Shown here one piece after another: positions 37,944-45,445 of a DNA stretch of 64,000 nucleotides. A program made the translations under genes and the position numbers. Below the pieces are notes generated by a model. That model had not been told where the DNA came from. It saw only the letters and a program-made list of their open reading frames with translations, and did not search any database. The stretch comes from Thermodesulfobacteriota bacterium (GTDB lineage Bacteria > Desulfobacterota > Desulfobacteria > Desulfobacterales > Desulfatirhabdiaceae). The DNA lies in assembly GCA_040755275.1 (NCBI GenBank), contig JBFMBE010000002.1, positions 4,180 through 68,179 on the forward strand. Direction: 5' to 3'. Within the stretch, counting starts at the first letter, position 1, and the number at the start of each line of letters is the position of its first letter.

Positions 37944-40900
37944 TTAAGCGGCGCAAAAGAGGGCATGGGTCTTGGCGTTGATCTGTTCGTCCGTAAAATG
38001 CTTGAGGGTAATGGCCTTACCCGGACATTCGGAGGCGCACACCCCGCAACCATGGCATTCGACAGCCTCGATCACGGCATGACCTTTTTCCGGGTCGATC
38101 CGGGGTACACCATATGGGCAGGTACGTACACAGGTCAGGCATACCGCGCAGCGCTCGCCCTGAACCGCTGCCACAACGCTTCCCACCAGGATGCCTTGTT
38201 TCGATACGATGTTCATGGTTCGGGAAACGGCTGCCTTGGCCTGGGCGATGCTTTCATCGATCGTCTTGGGATAATGGGCGAGCCCGGCCAGAAAGAGGCC
38301 TTCGGAGGCAAAATCCACGGGCCGTAGCTTGGCATGTGCCTCCACCAGAAATCCATCGGCATTGGTCGGAACCTTGAACGCCTCGAAGAGTTTCTTGTTT
38401 TCATTGGCGATGATGGCTGCAGCCAATACCACGAGATCCGTCCGGATTTGGATCGGCCGGCCCAGAATGTGATCCGTCACGGTGACGGCAAGCGGAGAGA
38501 AGCCGCCTATCTGGGCATCTGCATCGAGGGTTTCAACGACCGGTGGCTTTTCCGGATCCCAGCGGATGAACTGGATGCCCGCTTCACGGGCTTTCTGGTA
38601 GAGCGATTCCCGAAAACCGTAGGATCGAATATCCCGATAGAGGATGAAGATGCGCATCTCTGGCTGGATGGCCTTGAGCCAGAGAGCGCTTTTCAGGGCA
38701 TGGGCGCAGCAGACCCGGCTGCAGTAAGGACGTTCGGACGTTCGGGAACCGACGCACTGGATGAACACCGCACTTTTCGCTTCGAGAAGCCTGGGGTCCC
38801 GATCCTTGGCCGCCTGGTCGAAATCGAGGTGGGTGAGAACATTCGGGTGCTTTCCATAAAGATATTCGGTTGGCTTGTATTCGTGGCCGCCCGTTGCCAG
38901 AATGGCTGCACCGTGCTGGAGGATCTTCTGAACGGCGGGTGCATCGCCGCTTTGGGTGACGATGGTCGTCGTGAAATTGCCGATGGTTCCGGTGACATGG
39001 GTGACCTCGGTTTCGAGGAAGACTTGGACGCGTTCGTTGTCCTCGACGTTCTGGATGAGCCGCTTCAGATAGGCTTCCACGTTTTCACCCTGCCAAGTCG
39101 ACTTGAGCTGATGGGCCATACCGCCCAACTGATTGCTGCGCTCGATGAGGTAGGCTTGATAGCCCTGGTTTGCCACGCCAAGGGCGGCTTCCATTCCAGC
39201 CACCCCGCCGCCGACGATCAGAACCGATGGCGTCACGCTCAGGATGACCTGCGGCAGTGGCTCGACGTAGGCCGCCTTCGCGACGGCCATGCGGACAAGG
39301 TCCTTGGCCTTGGCCGTGGCTTTTTGCGGAGTCGCCATGTGCACCCAGGTGTTCTGGTCCCGGATGTTGGCCATCTCGAAGAGGTATTTGTTCAACCCCG
39401 CTTCCCGGATGGTCTCCTGAAAGAGCGGTTCATGGGTTCGGGGGGAACAGGAGGCCACGACAACCCGGTTGATGCCCTTTTCGATCAGAACCTGTTTGAT
39501 CTTTTCCTGGGTGTCCTGGGAGCAGGTGAAGAGGTTGTCCTCGACGTGAACGACATGGGGCAAGGTTCTGGCGTATTCCCGGACTTCCGGTACGTTGGCC
39601 ACGCCGCCGATGTTGATCCCGCAATTGCAGACGAAGACCCCGATCCGGGGCGGTTCCGAAGAGAAATCCTTTTCGGGCGGCAGGTCTTTGACCTTGGTTT
39701 TCGTCCATCGGGCTTCGGAGAGATCGTGGGTGGCCTCTGCGGCGGCAGCCGATGCCTCCATGACGGACTGGGGAATGTCTTTTGGGGCCTGGAACGAGCC
39801 GCACACGTAAATGCCCGGTCTGCTGGTCGAAACGGGGGAAGTGTCGGAGGTCTTGATGAACCGGTATTCGTTCAGATCGAGGCCGAGACGTTCGGCCAAG
39901 TCCACGGCAGTCGCGGAAGGGGAGAGCCCGACCGAGAGCACGACGAGATCGAAGGTCTCTTCCTGGATATCGCCCGATTCGAGGACATATCGGATTTTGA
40001 GATCACCGTTATCCATCGGTTCGATGGTGTGTACGCGGGAGCGAATGAAGCGGACGTTCTTTTCGTCTTTGGCCCGCATGAAATATTTGTCGAAGTCCTT
40101 CCCGTAGGTGCGCATGTCCATGTAAAAGATGGCTGTGTCGAGCGGACTCGAGGCATGTTCCTTGGCGATGATGCTCTGCTTGATTGCGTACATGCAGCAC
40201 ACCGAAGAGCAATAGCCCCGCTCGGCCCGGTTGATGTCCCGGGAGCCCACACATTGCATCCAGGCGATTTTTTCGGGAATTTTCCGGTCGTAGGGCCGCA
40301 TCAAGTGGCCCTTGTATGGTCCCGATGCACTCAGAATCCGCTCGAACTCGAGGCTGGTGACGATGTTCGGGTGTTTGCCGTAGGCCAGGCTTTCGAGCCG
40401 TTTCGGATCGACCGTCGCACTTCCCATGGCGAGTACCACGGCCCCGACCTCGAGGGTGGTCTTCCGGGGCTCTTCGTCGTATTGAATGGCCTCGGCCAGA
40501 CAGACTTTCTCGCAGAGCCCGCATCCGATGCATACGGAGCGGTCGATGGCATAGGCGAGCGGGACGGCCTGGGGATAGCGGATGTAGGTGGCTTTCCTTA
40601 GATCGAGGCCGCAGTCGAATTCGTTGATGGCCGTCACCGGGCAGACCATGCGACACTGGCCGCAAGCCGTGCACTTGTCGATGTCGATGTATCGCGGGTC
40701 GTTTCGAAGCGTGACCTGAAAGGCGCCGACATTGCCTTCGACGGTTTCGACCTCGCTGTTCGAGATGATCTCGATGTTGAGGTGCCGCCCGACTTCGACC
40801 AGAAACGGGGAGATGACGCACATCGCGCAGTCGTTCGTCGGAAAGGTCTTGTCGAGCTGGGCCATCAGGCCGCCGACGGTTGTGGAATTGTCCACGAGAT

Positions 40901-41003
40901 AGACGTAGTAGCCGGCGTTGGCCATGTCGAGGGAGGCCTGGATACCGGCCACACCGGCGCCGACGACCATGACACTGCCGACGGGTGGTTGCTGTTGGGT
41001 CAT
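37944..41003 (-). CDS. hdrA: giant HdrA-like flavoprotein: N-terminal HdrA-like FAD/Fe-S module fused to a complete canonical HdrA module (copy 1)
   Basis: The track ORF is 37944..41009. I prefer ATG 41003 because of SD spacing. Two GxGxxG motifs (VVGAGVAGIQASL; IVGGGVAGMEAAL). Two CxGSRD...YCSxVCC motifs. The HdrA N-domain motif IGVFVCNCGINIGG lies mid-protein. Inserted and C-terminal 2x[4Fe-4S] ferredoxin motifs. Confidence 0.9.
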   Translation of the reverse strand: MTQQQPPVGSVMVVGAGVAGIQASLDMANAGYYVYLVDNSTTVGGLMAQLDKTFPTNDCAMCVISPFLVEVGRHLNIEIISNSEVETVEGNVGAFQVTLRNDPRYIDIDKCTACGQCRMVCPVTAINEFDCGLDLRKATYIRYPQAVPLAYAIDRSVCIGCGLCEKVCLAEAIQYDEEPRKTTLEVGAVVLAMGSATVDPKRLESLAYGKHPNIVTSLEFERILSASGPYKGHLMRPYDRKIPEKIAWMQCVGSRDINRAERGYCSSVCCMYAIKQSIIAKEHASSPLDTAIFYMDMRTYGKDFDKYFMRAKDEKNVRFIRSRVHTIEPMDNGDLKIRYVLESGDIQEETFDLVVLSVGLSPSATAVDLAERLGLDLNEYRFIKTSDTSPVSTSRPGIYVCGSFQAPKDIPQSVMEASAAAAEATHDLSEARWTKTKVKDLPPEKDFSSEPPRIGVFVCNCGINIGGVANVPEVREYARTLPHVVHVEDNLFTCSQDTQEKIKQVLIEKGINRVVVASCSPRTHEPLFQETIREAGLNKYLFEMANIRDQNTWVHMATPQKATAKAKDLVRMAVAKAAYVEPLPQVILSVTPSVLIVGGGVAGMEAALGVANQGYQAYLIERSNQLGGMAHQLKSTWQGENVEAYLKRLIQNVEDNERVQVFLETEVTHVTGTIGNFTTTIVTQSGDAPAVQKILQHGAAILATGGHEYKPTEYLYGKHPNVLTHLDFDQAAKDRDPRLLEAKSAVFIQCVGSRTSERPYCSRVCCAHALKSALWLKAIQPEMRIFILYRDIRSYGFRESLYQKAREAGIQFIRWDPEKPPVVETLDADAQIGGFSPLAVTVTDHILGRPIQIRTDLVVLAAAIIANENKKLFEAFKVPTNADGFLVEAHAKLRPVDFASEGLFLAGLAHYPKTIDESIAQAKAAVSRTMNIVSKQGILVGSVVAAVQGERCAVCLTCVRTCPYGVPRIDPEKGHAVIEAVECHGCGVCASECPGKAITLKHFTDEQINAKTHALFCAA

Positions 41004-41024
41004 ATGCATTCCTTTCTCATGGCT

Positions 41025-41780
41025 TCATTGGCGAAAGATGGGGGTATGACCTTCATGCCCGGCCAGCTCGGCAAGACCGATGCGTTCGAGCTCGTTCAGG
41101 CGCTGGGAGATGGTGTATACATCGAGGCGGGTGCGTTCGGAGAGGGTGGGCACCGATGCAGGCGACTGGCACAGGACTTCCTGGATCAGGCCCTTCTGAT
41201 ATTCGGCCGTGACGGCCTCCAGCAGGATGCGCTGAAAGAGCTCGGGGTCGATCTGAACGCCGTAGACGTTGGCACGTTCGGTGAGCTGGCGGTCGATGCC
41301 GACCAGCCAGCGAAGTCGCTGGGAGGAAACGGCACGGATGCAGCCGGCAAGCTCCAGAGCAAAGGCCGATGGATCGAAGGGGCCGAGTGCTGTGATGGTG
41401 CTGGAGAATGTGCGTACGCTTTCCGCGTAGGCCTGGGCTTCGGCTGCGCTGGCCCATTGCAGATGGATGCGGTTTCTGCCGATGCCGGCCAGATCGAGCA
41501 GGATCTGGAGCATTTCGACCCGTTTGATCGTATAGAGGTTTCCGTCCAGATAATGGCAATCGCCGGGATGGCATCCGCCGATGAAGACCCCGTCATAGCC
41601 TTCCATGAGTCCCTTGAGAACGAAAAGCGGGTCCACCCGGCCCGAACACATGGTGCGGATCACCCGGAAGGTGGGCGGATACTGCAGCCGGGAAACTCCG
41701 GCCAGATCGGCTCCGGCATAGGCACACCAGTTGCACAGAAACGCCAGAATCGTGGGCTGGTACGTGTTGTCCATGGTCAC
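41025..41780 (-). CDS. MvhD-family domain fused to a C-terminal winged-helix-like extension
   Basis: 251 aa. Residues ~1-135 are MvhD (ILAFLCNWCAYAGADLAGVSR...MCSGRV...GGCHPGDCHY). The C-terminal tail ends VPTLSERTRLDVYTISQRLNELERIGLAELAGHEGHTPIF, which looks like a wHTH. The start is GTG 41780 or ATG 41774. Confidence 0.8.
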   Translation of the reverse strand: MTMDNTYQPTILAFLCNWCAYAGADLAGVSRLQYPPTFRVIRTMCSGRVDPLFVLKGLMEGYDGVFIGGCHPGDCHYLDGNLYTIKRVEMLQILLDLAGIGRNRIHLQWASAAEAQAYAESVRTFSSTITALGPFDPSAFALELAGCIRAVSSQRLRWLVGIDRQLTERANVYGVQIDPELFQRILLEAVTAEYQKGLIQEVLCQSPASVPTLSERTRLDVYTISQRLNELERIGLAELAGHEGHTPIFRQ

Positions 41781-41866
41781 CGTCGCTTTCTTTCGAGGGG
41801 TTCGTTGTAGATTGCGGTTTCCAATCGATCCGTCATTCCGGGTTGCGAAAGCCCGCCTGCCGGCTC

Positions 41867-44800
41867 TTATGCCTCAGCTGCGGCCCTGGTGCAGATGGCC
41901 GCCTCGATCTGCTGCTTTCGGAAATGCTTCATGTCGATGGCTTGCTGCGGACAGGATGCCGCACACACGCCGCACCCCTTGCACAGGGCCGACAGGTTCT
42001 CCGCGCGGTAGCCCTTGCCGATCACCTGTTTCAGGCGGATGGCTCCAAAGGAGCAGGAAGCCTCGCACAGCCCGCAGCCGATGCACTTGTCTTCGTCCAC
42101 CACCGAAACGATCGGTGCGATATCGATGGTCTCCTGAACGAGAAGGGTGGCTGCACGCGCTGCGGCCGCCTGTCCCTGGGCGATCGATTCGTCGATGGAC
42201 TTGGGATAGTGCGCCAAGCCGCATACAAACACCCCATCCGTCGAAAAATCCACGGGTCGCAGCTTGACGTGCGCCTCCAGAAAGAAACCGTCTTCGGTCA
42301 GCGGCACCTTGAGCATCTTGGCCAGAGTTTCTTGACCATCGGGCGCCACGATGGCCGTTGCGAGATGGAGATGGTCCACGGGAATTTCGATGGACCGATC
42401 CAGGATGGGGTCATGCACCATGACGAGAAGACCGCCATTGGTGTCGGCCTGCACCTGCGGCTTGTGATCGAGGTCGTATCGGATGAAGATCACCCCGAGC
42501 TCGCGCGCCTTCTGGTACAATGCCTCCCGCTGGCCGTAGGAGCGGATGTCCCGATACAGAACGAAGACCCGAAGATCGGGTTTTGCGGTCTTCCAGCGGA
42601 TGGCGCTCTGCAGGGTCGCCGTGCAGCAAATGCGAGAGCAGGCCGGCCGCTGGGGTTCCCGGGAGCCGACACATTGGATGTAGGCGATGCTGGTTGCGGA
42701 TGCGAGAGCGGCCGGATCGGTTTCGAATCGCTCGTCGAGTTCGTGCCAGATGGTCACCCGCGGATGACTCCCGTAAAAGTATTCGGCGGGTCTGAAGGGA
42801 CGAGCGCCGGTGGCCACGACGACAGCTCCGTGTTCGATGCTCTGAAGCCCATTCGGGGTTTGCACCGTTGTGGTGAAATTGCCGACGAATCCCTCGATCG
42901 ATTGAATGGACGACTGGTTCAGCACCCGAATGGCCGGATGTGTGCTGACCCGCTGGATCATTTCCTCCAGAAGCGGCGCCACCGCATGCCCGTTCCAGCT
43001 CTGATAGACAAGCCTGGCGTTCCCGCCGAGCGTCGTATCCCGTTCGATCAGTACGGTTTCGAATCCCTGATCCGCAAGACCCAGTGCAGCACTCATCCCG
43101 GCCGCACCGCCTCCGATCACCAGGGCATTCTTGTTGACGGCAATGGCCAGCGGTTCGATCGGTTCGAGCAGCCGTGCCTTGGCGACAGCCATGCGAACCA
43201 GGTCCTTGGCCTTCCGGGTGGCTTCCTCCGGCTGGTTCTGGTGGACCCAGGCGTTCTGGTCCCGGATATTGGCAAATTCGAAGAGGTAGGGATTGAGCCC
43301 TGCCTCCTGAATGGTTTCCTGAAACAGCGCCTCGTGGGTGCGGGGAGTACAGGCCGCAACGACGACACGATTCAGCCGGTTGTCGACGATGGCCTGGCGG
43401 ATGGTCGCCTGAGTGTCTGCGCTGCAGGTGAACAGATTCGTGGTGGCAAAGGCGACATCGGGAAGGGTCTCGACGTATGCCTTGACGGCCTGCACATCAA
43501 CGACACCGGCGATGTTGGTTCCGCAATGGCAGACGAACACCCCGATACGGGGAGTATCTTCCAACGCCAGCGGTTCGGCCCGTTTTTGTTCCGTGGGGAT
43601 GGCCGTGTTTCGAACGTTGGAAAGCAGTCCTGCCGCACCGGCCGCAGCGGCCGAAGCCTCCATGACGGTCTGGGGGATGTCTTTTACGCCGGCGAAGGCG
43701 CCGCAGACGAAAACCCCGGGACGGGACGATGTCACCGGGCTGAAGGGAAGGGTTTGGCAGAAGCCGTCTCCATCGAGTCGGACGTCGAGTTTTTGCGCAA
43801 GTTCGCGGGTTGCGGCATCGATTTCCATGCCGACGGAGAGAACGATGAGATCGAAAACCTCATCCTGTGGAAGCCCGGAATCGGTGACATAGGTGACTTT
43901 GAGCCGGTCGTCCGTTTCGGGTTCGATCGAATGCACCCGCGCCCGGATGAAGCGGACCCCGCTCTCCTCCCTGGCCCGATTGTAGGTCTGCTCAAAGCCT
44001 TTGCCATGGGTGCGCATGTCCATATAGAAAATGGCCGTATCCAGATCGGCTCCGGCGTGTTCCTTGGCAACCAGGGCTTCCTTAATGGCATACATGCAGC
44101 AGACCCCCGAACAGTAGGGATGACTGTCCTCCCGGATGTCTCGGGATCCGATGCACTGAAGCCATGCAATCTTATGGGGTTGTTGGTGATCCGACGGCCG
44201 GACGAGGTGACCTTCGAATGGACCCGAAGCGCTCAGGATCCGCTCGAACTCCATACTCGTCACCACGTTCTTCAGGGTGCCGTAGCCATAACGAACGATG
44301 GAACCAGGATCGAAGGCGTGAAATCCGGGTGCGAGAACCACCGCACCGACATCGATGGTTTGGGTCGTTTCCTGCTGGGAGAAATCCACGGCGTTTGCCG
44401 GACAGAATTTCTCGCAAGCGCGGCATTTGCCGTTCTTGAAATAAATGCAATGATCGGCGTCGATGGCGTACTTGAGCGGGACGGCCTGGGGATAGAGAAC
44501 ATAAGCCGCCTTGCGGTTGTTCAATCCCTGGTTGAATGCGTTAGGCACTTTCTTGGGGCATTTTTCGGCGCACTTCCCGCAGGCGATGCATTTTTCGTTG
44601 TCGATATATCGGGGCCGGTTCCGGAGGATTGCGGTGAAACGCCCCGCCTCGCCTTCGACGGATTGAACGTCACACAGCGTATGGATCCGGATGTTCTTGT
44701 GTCGTCCGACCTCGACGAGCTTCGGAGAGAGAATGCACATCGAGCAGTCGTTCGTGGGAAAGGTCTTGTCGAGGGTGCTCATCACCCCGCCGATGGCGGG

Positions 44801-44923
44801 TTTGCTTTCGACCAGATGAACCAGATATCCGGCATTGGCCAGATCCAGGGAGGCCTGGATGCCGCCGATACCTCCGCCGACAACCAGTACACTTCCGATG
44901 GGTAACTGCAGGGCTTCGAGCAT
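41867..44923 (-). CDS. hdrA: giant double-module HdrA-like flavoprotein (copy 2)
   Basis: The track ORF is 41867..44941. I start it at MLEALQLPIGSVLVVGGGIGG (ATG 44923), which has the same GGAAAGGAAC RBS as copy 3. Same architecture as copy 1. Confidence 0.9.
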   Translation of the reverse strand: MLEALQLPIGSVLVVGGGIGGIQASLDLANAGYLVHLVESKPAIGGVMSTLDKTFPTNDCSMCILSPKLVEVGRHKNIRIHTLCDVQSVEGEAGRFTAILRNRPRYIDNEKCIACGKCAEKCPKKVPNAFNQGLNNRKAAYVLYPQAVPLKYAIDADHCIYFKNGKCRACEKFCPANAVDFSQQETTQTIDVGAVVLAPGFHAFDPGSIVRYGYGTLKNVVTSMEFERILSASGPFEGHLVRPSDHQQPHKIAWLQCIGSRDIREDSHPYCSGVCCMYAIKEALVAKEHAGADLDTAIFYMDMRTHGKGFEQTYNRAREESGVRFIRARVHSIEPETDDRLKVTYVTDSGLPQDEVFDLIVLSVGMEIDAATRELAQKLDVRLDGDGFCQTLPFSPVTSSRPGVFVCGAFAGVKDIPQTVMEASAAAAGAAGLLSNVRNTAIPTEQKRAEPLALEDTPRIGVFVCHCGTNIAGVVDVQAVKAYVETLPDVAFATTNLFTCSADTQATIRQAIVDNRLNRVVVAACTPRTHEALFQETIQEAGLNPYLFEFANIRDQNAWVHQNQPEEATRKAKDLVRMAVAKARLLEPIEPLAIAVNKNALVIGGGAAGMSAALGLADQGFETVLIERDTTLGGNARLVYQSWNGHAVAPLLEEMIQRVSTHPAIRVLNQSSIQSIEGFVGNFTTTVQTPNGLQSIEHGAVVVATGARPFRPAEYFYGSHPRVTIWHELDERFETDPAALASATSIAYIQCVGSREPQRPACSRICCTATLQSAIRWKTAKPDLRVFVLYRDIRSYGQREALYQKARELGVIFIRYDLDHKPQVQADTNGGLLVMVHDPILDRSIEIPVDHLHLATAIVAPDGQETLAKMLKVPLTEDGFFLEAHVKLRPVDFSTDGVFVCGLAHYPKSIDESIAQGQAAAARAATLLVQETIDIAPIVSVVDEDKCIGCGLCEASCSFGAIRLKQVIGKGYRAENLSALCKGCGVCAASCPQQAIDMKHFRKQQIEAAICTRAAAEA

Positions 44924-44986
44924 ATGGGTTCCTTTCCACATAAGTCAAGGGTTGGGATCCAGAAGACATAAATCAGAATGTCTATC

Positions 44987-45330
44987 GATGATGGCCTCGC
45001 AACAAGTCGATTTTCCCGTGCTTTTCGTAAATGTCGGGCATCAGCGGGGTGGCTGGGGAAGCCTTTTGAGACTGCTGCGAAAACGTGTTTGAAGCCGCCG
45101 GATATCGTTGGATCGGGTGGAGATGCTTCATCCATATTTGTTTGAAAAACATCCTGTTGCAACTCAGCAATTCTGTATTCCAAGTTTGGCTATCCGCCCG
45201 ATCCTACGAGATCGGGCGGCTGAGTTTTTTCGCAGCATCGAAAAAGGTTCCCCAGTCACCCCGCGACTCGACAGAGACTTCCTGACTTTTTGCGAGGCCA
45301 TCATCGATGATGGCCTCGCAACACGTCCGG
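44987..45330. repeat. largest composite of the interspersed repeat family (X, Z hairpin, Y, head-to-head junction)
   Basis: GATGATGGCCTCGCAACAAGTC...(X)...CCGCCCGATC-ctacga-GATCGGGCGG (10-bp hairpin)...GGTTCCCCAGTCACCCCGCGACTCGACAGAGACTTCCTGACTTTTTGCGAGGCCATCATC|GATGATGGCCTCGCAA. Lies between hdrA copy 3 and copy 2. Confidence 0.85.
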
Positions 45331-45445
45331 CACACTCCCTCTTGGCCCGTAAGAATCATCCGCGTTTCTTCGGGCTGCTGATGGACGGTTTTCGTCGATA
45401 GGACGAGCCAAAAGGCTCCACTGCCCAATGCAGCAGCGGCAAGGG

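Noticed and set aside
41843-44905. A 1020-aa plus-strand ORF exactly antisense to hdrA copy 2. Similar long antisense ORFs occur at 38334..40601, 45428..46435, 46529..47689, 47735..48556, 4401..5633, 5799..7400, 12670..13842, 32726..33988 and 61738..63393.
   Set aside because: The plus ORF is in the same codon register as the minus-strand gene (44939-41843 is divisible by 3). It therefore stays open whenever the real gene avoids TTA, CTA and TCA codons, which is expected with GC-biased codon usage. The translations are low-complexity (G/D/R/A-rich) with no recognisable motifs, whereas the opposite strand encodes clear HdrA, IleS, AlaC, FdhA and NuoF proteins.
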